Source of the DNA: Azolla caroliniana
Lineage: Eukaryota; Plantae; Polypodiophyta
DNA length: 64,000 nt
Assembly (NCBI GenBank): GCA_043228905.1
Contig: JBHGNT010000012.1
Location: 7,316,001-7,380,000 of the forward strand
Direction: 5' to 3'
The notes below the pieces were generated by a model, which saw only the letters and a list, made by a program, of their open reading frames with translations, was not told the origin of the DNA and made no database searches. Positions 25,979 through 37,700 of this stretch are shown here, one piece after another (the stretch's first letter is position 1; every line of letters begins with the position of its first letter). The position numbers and the translations under genes were made by a program.

Positions 25979-27361
25979 TGGGATATGCAACATATGAATC
26001 ACTTTTCTTCTTCAAATCACAAGTACGCAAAGAGACAAGTTACATTTACTCTTGATTTCAAAGAAGCATCTATTGATGGAGTTTCCCTCTTCAAGTTACA
26101 AGAATACAAATTTGCTGAATTTACCCCTACGGATTTATTGTTACTCTCCAGATCTGTGGCTCTAGCTCAAAGAAGTTTGGGTTTTAGTTGCATCTACTGC
26201 ATAATTTCAATTTGGACCTACTATTCACTGTTTAATTGTGGATTTGAACCAATGACCCAAGGATTTTCAGTCCTTTGCTCTAACCAAGAACGACTCAAAC
26301 AAATACAGCACATTTATGATGATGTTGAGAACACAGCAGCATATGGAAGGATTTTTCCCTCTTTGAATTGAAAAAACTAAACAAAGAAATAAATCCACTT
26401 TGAAATATGCAGCATATGGACAGATTTTTGCTAGACTTCAAATTACATATAGGTTATACAAAGCAATACAAGATATCTAATTGACTAAGATACATCGATA
26501 AGCACGGTCTATGGAGAGATTTCCCCTCTTTGAACCAGATTTGCACAAAGCCATACACAGCTATACCTACTATACCTTCAAGATAAGGATGTTATTGATG
26601 GTTTTCTTGCTTTCCAAATTACGAGAATTGCATAAAGAAATGCACAATATTTATTGTGCATTTAGAGAACATGAGTAGTAGAATCATCTTTGAATTACAA
26701 GAATTTTGCAAAGACATAAGTTACATTTACTACTCCTTTGAGATCATAGGCAGCTTAGGATGGACTTTTTCTCTCTTCATTGAATTACAAAAATTAAATG
26801 AGAGAAGGGCACAAGAATGTATCATGCCTTACGTTAAGCAGAATACAAAAATGAAGGCTATCCCTCACATACGAGCAAAATATGGATGGGTTTTTCATAT
26901 CTTTGTAAAACATGACAGTATTAGATGAAAGAAGATAGATTTTTTTTTCACAAATCTTATCAAATATAAAGTTTGTGTACCTTGGCCAAAGAATTCTTCC
27001 AAGAAAAGTTATGGTGATCTTTGTTTTCTTCATCTTCGTTATCTCTATTGTAATCAGATCCATCTTCATGGAAGCTACGACCTCCAAGCTCACAGAGGAC
27101 ACTCTGCTGATGAATTAAAGAGCGCTTATGAACACCTGTATAATTTTTTAGTCGAAGAAGATCCAAAAAGACCGTGTTCCCATAGAGTTCTTTCTGACGA
27201 AACGGTCTCATGTAAACAATAGTACAAACATTGGATCTTCTGAAGAAGTACAAGAACGAGTTGGTCGATGGTGAAGAAGAAGAATAAGATAAATTACTCT
27301 GAAATAGTGGCCTGTACTGAGCAGTGCACAGAGAAGGGGGGAAATTCGAGGTTCCAGACAT
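20990..27361 (-). CDS. DUF760-family protein (At2g14910/At5g14970-like, probably plastid-targeted), ~456 aa. Exons 27361-26981, 25546-25338, 24421-24106, 21707-21600, 21447-21197, 21095-20990
   Basis: Splices in frame to LIQEVKPLDVSQI..DAMKRTVSGMLGILPSDQF..EPLAKLLVSSMMTGYTLRNAEYRLCL..GEENNDLLDYLRSL..VAELS..RDYLARLLFWCMLLGHHMRGVEYRLEL. The N-terminus is Ser-rich and transit-peptide-like. A small extra exon near 26044-26088 cannot be excluded. Confidence 0.85.
24372..24792 (-). repeat. Decayed ~75-85-bp tandem array made of copies of the intron 2/exon 3 junction of the DUF760 gene
   Basis: taaactcttttggagacacaatctatactcagcatt..atct/ctgcac..aagaa recurs at ~24372, 24452, 24530, 24604, 24689 and 24762. 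Confidence 0.75.
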
Positions 27362-27619
27362 GGATTTATTGCAACTTGAAGAGGAAAAAAGAAAGAGAGA
27401 GAGAGAGAGAGAGAGAAGATTATTACAGCAGCTGGCTATGGCGCAGAGGTAGATGGAATATAATCCATGGCTCTTAATTACAACACTAACCACAATATTG
27501 TATCACAGATTCGAAGATCCCGCTGTGCAGAAAGATCTAGAGATATGGAAAAGGGGGGAGGAGGAGGAGAATGGAGAGGCGAAGGAGATGACGGCGATGG
27601 CGAAGGATCCATAGCCACA

Positions 27620-27950
27620 CAGAAGAAGAAGAAGAAGAAGAAGAAAAATGTTGGAATGAGAAGAAGAAAGAAGAAGAAGAAGAAGAAGAAGAAAAATCTA
27701 TGAATACTCCAAATCCTTTACCTCCACACACACACAATACAATACAATACAATACAATACAATACAATACAATACATACATACATACATACATACATACA
27801 TACATGATACATGATACATACATACATTATACATACATACATACATACATACACATACATACATGATACATGATACATACATACATTATACATACATACA
27901 TACATACATACATACATACATACATACATACAATACATACATACATACAT
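27620..27950. repeat. Compound microsatellite (GAA)n, (CA)n, (CAATA)n, (CATA)n upstream of the DUF760 start codon
   Basis: Directly visible simple repeats. Confidence 0.95.
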
Positions 27951-28152
27951 CGACGTGTCTATTTCCACCTAAAGTCATAAAGAGGGAATAATTGCAGGCC
28001 ATGGCATTCCTTCCTTGAGAGGGAATAATTGCAGGCCATGCATGGATAGTGCAGGTTGCTCAGCTCAAAGGGCACGTGCGATCTGCACTGTCCTGATCTA
28101 GATAAAAGAAAAGAAAAGAAAAGAAAAACGCGCCAACAAAAAAGCTGCTAGT

Positions 28153-28525
28153 AGTCGTTCGCTCGACTCACCTGTTACAGTCGCCCAACTTCCCTCTCTT
28201 CAATCACCTGACACTATTTGAGTCACCCGACTTCATGATATTCAGTCGCCCAACTTCCCTTTCATCAGTCGCCGACACCACCTGAGTTGCCTGACTTCCC
28301 TCTCCTCGATCACCCAACGCTACCTGAATCACCCGACTTCCCTCTCCTCAATCACCCAACACTACTTGAGTCGCCCGACTCACCTGTAGTCACTCGACTT
28401 CCCTCTCCTCAGTCACCCAATACGACCCAAGTCGCCCGACTTCACACTTTTCAATTGCCTAACTCACAGGCAATCGCCCGACTATAGATGGCAACGGTCG
28501 TCCGACCAAATTGTGGTCACCCAAC
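28153..28525. repeat. Minisatellite of ~41-bp units built from (a)gtc(g/a)cccgac(t) motifs
   Basis: gagtcacccgacttccctctcctcaatcacccaacactactt-like units are repeated. Confidence 0.8.
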
Positions 28526-28957
28526 TAATACTCCCTATCGAATCAAAACCCTAAAACCTGTCATTTTTCACATTTCTTATACGAGATTGTTAGGGTTTGT
28601 GGAGGCAAAAGAAAATTAGCCAACCGTCGACGTGCACTTGAAACAACATCTTCATTGCCACTTGCTTACTTCCCAATTATGTATTTTATTTGTTTCTACT
28701 TTTTCTACAAATTTTTTATCACTATTTTCTTTCTCGTTATATGGGATGTGATGCCACAATTGTTATTTCGTATCTCCCCCCTTGTTGACGCTATTGGAAA
28801 ATTTGCATAAATGGGATTGCATGCTCATATATTTCATGAAAATGGAAAACATATATTTTAACTCTTCTTTGAAAAGTAATTTGTAAGTGATCATCTTCAT
28901 TATGTTGATGACATTATCTTCTTCGTTTAATCACACTTATGCAAATGTACAACATCA

Positions 28958-28959
<2 letters not shown>

Positions 28960-29016
<57 letters not shown>
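28960..29016. repeat. (TA)n microsatellite at the 3' end of the LINE
   Basis: Perfect TA run abutting the LINE 3' end. Confidence 0.95.
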
Positions 29017-29018
<2 letters not shown>

Positions 29019-30321
29019 TCAATATTCACCTTGGTATTAATGAAAAGATGTCCAAAGGCTACAAAGAATCCATACAATAAAGTATAACCTTCCTACCCAC
29101 TTCAATCAACTAGTAGCGGAAGCCCTCATGCAAGGTCCTTCCACGATGGGCCCCAGAAAAAACCAACTTGGCGGAGCATATCTCCACTTTATTTTCTCCC
29201 CCAAAAAGGTGAAGACCTCAACATTTTTCCAAATTTCTCGAAAATGTTGTTGCTTATGAAACACAACATCGAGCTCACCAGGTATTGCCTCATATTGACC
29301 TCTTAAAGTATCAGGAGCATCAACCATATCTCCTTGACTAACTCAACCACATCAGTTTGACTTTCTAAAATACACACTTACATCTTGCCTTCCATAACCC
29401 AAACTACTAAAGAAGATATCGTAGACCAAACCTTTCCCTCTTCCAAACAATGGATTGGTGTAGTATAAGAGACCTCCAATACATGTTTTCCATTGGAGAG
29501 GAGAAAAAAATCAACATAGTCCCTTTCATATTTCTATATTTCTTCAGCCAACCTTCCCCATCTCACAAAAGCCCATGTGTACACCTGTTTACCATAAATA
29601 GGATACAAAATTCTCAACGTTCTTTTCCATACTGCTCTAGCAATAGGACATGCCCATAAAACATGGCGAAACATTTCATTGGGAAAACCACAATTGTTAC
29701 ATTTTAAATCATGGCAATGCCCCCTCATCCATTACTTCACAGGCATGCCATAACGTACCAACAACCATCTAAACAAGACAACTTTTCTAGGAATTTGCTT
29801 CAACCAAAAGTGTTCTACATGACCTAATCTCCAAAATTTACACGATGTTGGCGTACAGCCACACGCCTCCTTAGCAATTCTCTACCCATTTTTATCGAGT
29901 ACTGAAAAAATGGGATTTGTGTACCTAACATTCCTTGTGCTTATATGCTTTGTTATTTCCATTCAATAGGATCCCACAAAAAGGTGATCAATGGGCTTAT
30001 TCTCGTAGACCCACAATTCAGATAAACTATTTATATCATTTGGATGTTGATTCAACATCCTTTTTTTATCGTTCTTCCACAATATACGAACATGCAACAT
30101 ACTACTCACTTGAGCTACAACTTCATCTTCCATAAGGATAGAATGATGTCGTCCAGAACGCAAAACATCAAAATAAAGACAGTCACGTGAGTTTTTATAA
30201 CCGATGACCCCCAACAAGGCATGTAAAGATGAAAACATACCATATCAAAATATACTAATTTGAGAAGGCTAAAAGGAAGGCATCGTAAACACTCTATCGA
30301 TTTATGAATACATAATGTTCC

Positions 30322-30845
30322 TATGCGGAATAGTGCTCGGCCACAACCGAGACTCAAACACTCTATGAAAGAGCAAAACAAAAATGGAGGTTTGTACACT
30401 TACGTAGAAGAGACGACACAGGATGTTTACGTGGAAAGCCCTAATAGGGAAAAACCACGGGAGCCCACAAACTCCAACTATCACTATACGAGAAAGGAGG
30501 TACAACAGGAGACTTAGAGGCAACAACCTCGAGCTTTGTATCTTCGCCAACCGGCAGCTTCACTTCTCTCTCTCTGTACTCTACTCTAATACAACTAACA
30601 ACAACACTAACATTCTATTTCAAAGTGATTGCCCTAAGTCATATTTATACTTATATGACTTTAAAACTATTTACAAATATAGCCTTTACAAGCACACCAG
30701 AAACATATTTGCAGATATATCCCTAGATCTAGTTCACATTGGATCCATCCGGATATCTTCTGGTCCAATCCGGTTGCGGCATCCGGTCCGGTTCCTTCCT
30801 TCAGCTCGTCAGATCCGGCTCCTCCAGAGGACCGAATTCTCAACA
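30322..30845 (-). mobile_element. Solo LTR (copia-type) inserted in the LINE
   Basis: On the minus strand it starts TGTTGAG and ends ..GCATA (CA mutated to TA). TSD GTTCC (30317-30321 / 30846-30850). Carries the U5-type motif cccgtggtttttccc..gggctttccacgtaaa and a TATA box. Confidence 0.8.
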
Positions 30846-33747
30846 GTTCCTACCCCAAATTGTGCAACAAGCATGGGTTTTGTTTTCCATCATCAAATTC
30901 AGCCAATTCCTTACCGATCCAGCTTCTCCTCTATCAAAATCAGCCCACTTCAACCTAGTTCTTTTCCCTAACATTACCCCCTCCTCTGATAGAAATAATG
31001 GGTTCATTATGAGGGGTTGGCACAACCATTCCTCCATACATGATGGTAGAGATTGGACTAAGTTATGTTTCAAATCCCACCATGTCTTCATGATACTCTA
31101 AAACACTTATATTGTCGAAAAATATCAATGGAATGATTAAAATCTCTTAAAAAACACCATCTAATACTATATTTCCAGTTGCCACTTGTAGAAGGCATAA
31201 CCTTAACCATTTTGTGCCTTAAGATTTTTTTCCATGGCTCCCCACCTCGCAACAAACCTCTTATAATAAATTTTCCCAGAAAAGCCTTACATTGTAATAG
31301 AGGATCTCAATCCAAGACCACCCTCGTCCTTTGGAGCTGTAATAACTTTCCAATATACTTTGGCTCTCACATATGAACAATCTTTAGATCCCCAATGGAG
31401 ATTTCTAATAAGCCTTTGTACTTGTGATAAAACCAAATGTGAACACAACCAAGCCGACAAAATGTACTACATGGAAGCCAACAATACTTGATTGGCAACA
31501 ACAACCCTACCTGCCGATGACAATTTAGCAACATTCCAATATAACAATTTCTTCCTTATAGCAAGCAACAAAGGAGCTACATGATCTTCCGGCGAAAGGA
31601 TAATACCTACATGACAGATTCCCAAGTATCTTACAAGTTTATTGTTACGGGCATGACCATATAATATCCCGTGGTGAGAATTTACCATAGTATTCTATAC
31701 ACGTGGATAAGTGTGAGGGTTAAACGAGAGTGTAAAGAAGGGGAGGATTAATTTTAATCCTCGGGATTGAGACAACCTATTAGGCCAAGTGTGAACTTGC
31801 CTGGGGGCCTTGGGTATCGCTATAAATAAGAGGCTTAGCTACCCTCATTGGATCATCTTGTTGACTACGTCGAGACTCTGTATTGTGGTGGGTCAACTCT
31901 TGTAGCGAGCGCGCCAGCACCAGGTACGACTCGACACCACGACGGTGGTATGGGACGCCGATCGAGGCTCGAGTCCGTCTTGATCCCTTCCCTCGGGGGT
32001 GGTCAGGTGGATCGGCACCCTTCTTTTTCTCCCTCCTTTCTATCTATATTCTATCCTTATGTAATGCTTACATTAGTTCATGTCTCTAGCAGTTGGTATC
32101 AGAGCTCATTTTCTAATGTTTCTTTTGTTGTCTTTTGTGATGTTGATTGATGACGATCGATCTACGTGCGGTCAGCCTTCATGCAGACAAGGATCAACAA
32201 AGGAACTTTGGTAATCTTTCTTGTTTTTTTTGTCCATTTTTTCTTCTCCCATCCAATCATGTGTATGGTTAATATGTAGATTTTTTTTCATTAATTCAAT
32301 GATGTTGTAGTGGTAATTCATTGGTTGTATAAAACGTTTACATATGTGTATGAGGTCAATACCTCATTTGACGTATATTGAATATGTGATGAGTGTCGTA
32401 TGCGCACGAGGTTAATACCTCAATTGCATATTACGTTCACAAACATATGTTACATTTGCGTATGAGGTCAATACCTCAATTCGTTGTAAATGATATGCGT
32501 TTGGTCTCGTATGCGTATGAGGTCAATACCTCAATTGCATATTACTATTAACCCTTATTTATGGGATGTCTCGTGTGTGTAGAGGTATATGCCTCGATTA
32601 CGTATCTCGATTACGTCATTTTTGGCTATTAAATATAACGATTTGTTGAATATAGGCATATGTGGTCACATGTATATGTAGTTGATCGTATATATGTGAT
32701 AATATACATATGTGTATATAAGTTATTACGTGATTTTAAATTGAATGTTTTCCTTTTCGGGGAAAGGATCTTGGTGGCCATCCTCACATTTTTGTGAGAA
32801 TAACATTGTCACCATCCCTTTTTTCAACAATTTTTTATTGTTGAAATCCCCGTTGGTGACTTTGATATTTCGTTACGTAAAGAAACGCCTATAGCCATAA
32901 TGATGTTGAGTACGTAGGACTTGACCCACTTCATGTGAGGTTGCTCCTATGACACACGTATCCAACATCCCTCCCTCATTACATGGATACGATGCCACCA
33001 TGAGATCATTCTTACGAGAGGCATTCGTAATGACGTGGGCCTACTACAAAAAGAAGGCTCATTTGGCTTGACCATTAGGTTGCACTTTGGCGTATGCCAT
33101 CGTAATTACGAGACTTGAGGTTAGGTAACGTACCAACATAGTTGTAGTAAATGAGGGCGAAATAAGGACTCTTGACATATATGTTTCTTTTAAAAAAACG
33201 ACAAATGCCTCACATATCTCTTATACACATAAAACATAAAACATTCAAGAAGAGCAACCTACTTTGTTGGCTCAAGTGTTTAATGCAATTGTTCTCGAGG
33301 TCTCGAGTTCAAATATGACCAAGACCATACAACATCGTTGATACATACAACTATAACACGTGTTTAGACTAGAGGTCTAAGTGCACTTCGGGGTCCTCAT
33401 AATAGGACTTAAAGAGCTGAAACCACATATGTGGGCACAACAACATTTTTTTCATGTATCAACTATTCATGACGCGAACATACATGGTTGAACCTCGGGG
33501 AGCCGCCATGAAAAAATCCATATAGAGATCAAGGAAAGACATTTATTTGTCACCCCTATGGTTTTTAAAACACCTTTGTGTTACCATAGTAACCTGATCT
33601 TGAACCTCATCTCATACGTCTAGCGGGGTATTGACGTGAGATAATGATATCGATTAATGTTCGCCCATGATATGTTTACATCACGACATGATGTTAGGAC
33701 TATCTCTCTGACCTCATCCTATTTCTTTTTTAGAAATAATCATTTAA

Positions 33748-34200
33748 TGGCTCAAAATAACGACCCGATGTCATCCGCTCAAGCGGAAGGAACTCAAGGG
33801 AATCCTCTTGGACAAATGTCCATCGAGATGTATTTTTCGCAAATAACCCAATACCTTAGTTTCACCGCTCAACAGATGACCGAACTTTGGCAATCTCAAA
33901 GTGCTCTCGAGGCATGTGTCATTAGTCTACAACATGAGACTAATAGACCTGATGAGCGACAGGGTGAACCATCGTTTGTCGTTAAGCCATTTACAGGAGA
34001 AAAAAAGGAAAGAACCGAAGAAGCAATCTACACGTGGCTGGGCCGATGGGAGTCTCATTTTGAGCTCTATCCCACGCCAGATAGGGGGTAAGGCCGCCGC
34101 CTAGTGGCGTGGGCTCCGTACTTTGGGGAAATTTCCCGATACCTGGACAGATTTTGTCACAGTTTTCAAGGGCCAATTTTTGCAACCTCCCTCTCGAACT
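33748..34200 (+). pseudogene. Outer gypsy gag, N-terminal part (continues at 51253)
   Basis: VKPFTGEKK..IYTWLGRWESHF..WRGL..TWTDFVTVFKGQFL..SRT| joins across TSD GAACT to AAAQALMDL..LEDYV..LIACFVNGI. Confidence 0.8.
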
Positions 34201-34702
34201 TGTTGTCCGCTGGAATAGTAACTGACGGACAAGAGCGCAGGAATAGGGAATAGTATAAGATTGTAACGCATATAACGGTTCACGCGGGAAGTGTGAATGA
34301 CGAAAAGACCTTGCGTATATAAAGGGCAAAAAACCTCTGATAGAGGCAGCGTGTAATTTTGGAATGTAAAGAAGCGTATCGTAATAGAGTTCTATCTTCT
34401 CTGATATCTGTGTATAGCTATGGCTAATCTACTGTGTGTCTGTAACACCTGAGAGTGTAGAAGTAAGCAACGGTGAGTGTGTAGCCACTGTTAAGGAGCT
34501 CGGTTGTAGCCGTCTCCCTTATACGCTACTAGGTTACGGGGAACATTCCCCTACGTATTACGCACAAACGCTACCGTTCGTTGTCACACAGTCACTTGGA
34601 GGTCTACATAGAAGGACTGACCGTAGACCGTGTTCCTAATCGGTAACACTTTTGGCATGTTTGGTGATCTGTGTCTTCTGACGGACGAACAACAATGAAT
34701 GG

Positions 34703-37700
34703 ATGTTTAGCCACAGACGCCCCAGAGAACCAACACGACCAGACCGGCCAATCACAAGGTCCATCACACGCCAGGTAGAGGACCGCGCACAGCAAAAGCC
34801 TCGCCTAAGCGACCTCAACACTACATGTCGTGATCACAAAGGTGATTTTCCGCTCTCCAAATATCTCGATGATACGCGGGGAGCACGCTCACCACAGCAG
34901 CACTGTGGTCTTTCCTGACCTGTCGTAGCCCCCAACATGGCCTTTGCCTATCCCCGCTTTAATGGCGAAACCGACGCCGCAACTCATATTTGCATGTTCC
35001 TCAATGTTTGGAATGCAAACCACATGGCGTAGAGCCTTTCTAAGGTGGTAGTGCACCAGTCCAAAATGACGGAGTTCGGGTTAACATTGGATGGGCGAGC
35101 AACATTTTGGCATTCACAGATGGATTTGCCAACAATCACGACCTTTGACCAACTGCAATCCGCCTTTTTGTAGTTCTTCCATCACAGGGTTCCACAACGC
35201 CAAATCCTTGGATAATTGTACACAATTAAGCAGCTGCCGATCGAGACGATCGCAGACTTCAGCTTATGTTTCCAAAATTTACAGCGGAAACTAGAACGGA
35301 GCCCCGCGGAGGACGAGGCTCGAGAGACATTTCTAGCAGCATTACGCCGACCCATATGGACAACGCTCAACAACAATAGCGTGAAAGGTGAAACAACGGA
35401 TATGGTCATTGAATGAGCGTTACATCTCGAGTTGGACGACGAAGAGGAAAGGTTTTCTATGTCCTCATTACGACAAGCATTACCTGAGGATAAGGAACGA
35501 CAATTTCGTCAAGCAATCCAGTGCACGATTTGCTTGAACTCAGGGCATTCCGCAGTGGAGTGCAACATGCGAATCCACTGCCCAATCTTCCACTCGAAGG
35601 CTCACATAGTCGAACAATACGAATACAATACGCTGAATAGAGCCGCTCCCACAGTACGCAGCATGGACACACATCGTCCCCCACGCCGTACTGAACAAAG
35701 GAGGCAAGAAGACCGACCACAGTATGTGGATCGCAACCCACGTGACGACTGGCACTACCGGAATAGCCGGAATCACAACGATTCTGAGGAAGAAGAGCTA
35801 GAGGATGAGGACTATCGTGGTCCCCCGAGTTATGCTAAAGGGGCCCGGTGCTATGAGAATCACCGGTTGATAAACAAACGTGGCGGCGTCAATGGTTATC
35901 GTGGGAAGCAGCGGCAATATCGGGACAACCAGCGATATGACGAAAGCTCGGGCGATGAGCGACACCAAGAACCATGCCGGGACCAACAACAACCACCGCG
36001 TACGCTGCGACAAACGAGACCAGACCATGAGGAGCAAGTCGCACTAGGCGATCAACACACACCACCAGGAGCCGAGAAGGGCAAATCGAGCATCCATTGT
36101 TTTGTTTCTCAACAGGATTCCAACCGACGTCGAGTAGTGGACGGTCTCTGCGTGACAAGCTGCCACTTCTTCCATAAGCCGTTTCATACCCCCTCGTTCG
36201 ACATTCAGATCCAGGGCCCTCCGGGTCTTGCTAGCGTGCACCCGACAATTCCATAGGTACACCACGTTAGCTCTAATCGCCTCGGTGAAGTCCCCGCAGT
36301 CCTTTCGGGCGTTGTCGACCGCGTCGCACCACAAGCACCGGCTCCCAACCGAATGCCTTCGGTCACGGATTTGTTCGTCGTCGTCCCTCCGTGCTTGCGC
36401 GATCTGAAGGTCCCTCACCATCTGAGTCAGCTCCTCTAGAGCTGCTCCTCCGGACGAGCTTTTGACCATGCCGGTCGAAGTCGAGCCAGTCTCGAGCCAG
36501 TCTCGAGCCAGTCTCGGGTCTCTTCCCTTCGCGCCGGTGGGGGTACCTCGACCTTCCTTGTCACAACAAAACCCGCCCCCGTCAAGCCTTTATCGACCCA
36601 CTCACACCGTTTGTCAAAACGGCCGCAGACTCTCTTTACCACGGCCCAGTCGGTTGTTAGGCCGTCATCGATCTCCAGTAGGAAGCCCACTTGCTCCCGG
36701 TCCCTTGCGTCCACCGATTTAACGAACAATAGGACACGACTCGTGTCCAGCATGGTCCGGTCCAGCGCCGAAAGTCGTGCGAAGCGTTCTTCAAACTCCC
36801 GAAGGAGCACCGACGCGTTCCTCCCCTTTTCGGGGGTCTCCACCCATTCCATGAAGTCCCGCTTCGACAGCCGAAGCGCGTCATCAAGCTTGTATTTTTC
36901 AAGGAGCCGACCTTCAAACTCTTCCCAGGTCCGACTCTCAGCCCATACCTCAAGCACCTCTGCGTGGATGCCCGACATTGCTATCTGAGGGAATCTGGCC
37001 AGTCGCCTGTCCTCCTGGATGTCCCTCATCACCATTTCAGCTGGGTAGGCCTCCAAATAGCTCGTGGCGTCCTTCCCACCGAACTGGCCTATCGTGCCAA
37101 CGACCGCTTCAATAGCCCTATCGAGGGCGCATGTGCCTTCGCGCGCACTAACTATCCGATCCACAGCCGAAGCCATGGCTTTTGCAAGATCCGACCCTCT
37201 CATCTTTCTATTCCTCTGCCGCATGTTCACGTCAAGTTCACCAAATATGTCGCGTTGTTACTCGCGTGTGTGGAGAACGAGGCGGGACCACCGGGGCCTC
37301 GGACCGAGAAATAACCAAATGAAGGGAGGGGAAGGACGCTTACGATGTAATTTACACGCGCACAGACCTACAGAATCACAGGAATTGCAATTAGCTACAG
37401 AACGCCAGATGGAGACAGAATGAATGTTTATGTATATATATATATATCAAGGTGTTACAACCGGCAAGCTAGCGAGTGATGGGCTCTGACGCCTACGCAC
37501 ACACACACACACAAACAGAACGTGAGATGGAGGCTTTGCCGGGAGCACTCGGGCGTCCTGCGGAACAGAGTGAGCCTCCCGAAACCTGCACAGAATGATT
37601 ATGGAGACTACAAAGGAGAGGAGAAGCGCTCGGTTCCAGTCCGGCAGCACTTCGTCCTCCACAAAAAAAAACGCGATATATTTTTCAATACCTCTCCCTC

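Noticed and set aside
27467-27968. Poly-K and MYVC-repeat ORFs
   Set aside because: These are translations of (GAA)n and (CATA)n microsatellites.
30317-30850. Shared TSD GTTCC with the intronic copia (9416/14217) as target specificity
   Set aside because: The LTR families differ, and one 5-bp coincidence among several insertions is weak evidence.
32340-32600. True CRISPR array
   Set aside because: The repeats are degenerate, lie inside a plant LTR retrotransposon leader, and no cas genes are present. Kept only as a hairpin-array finding.
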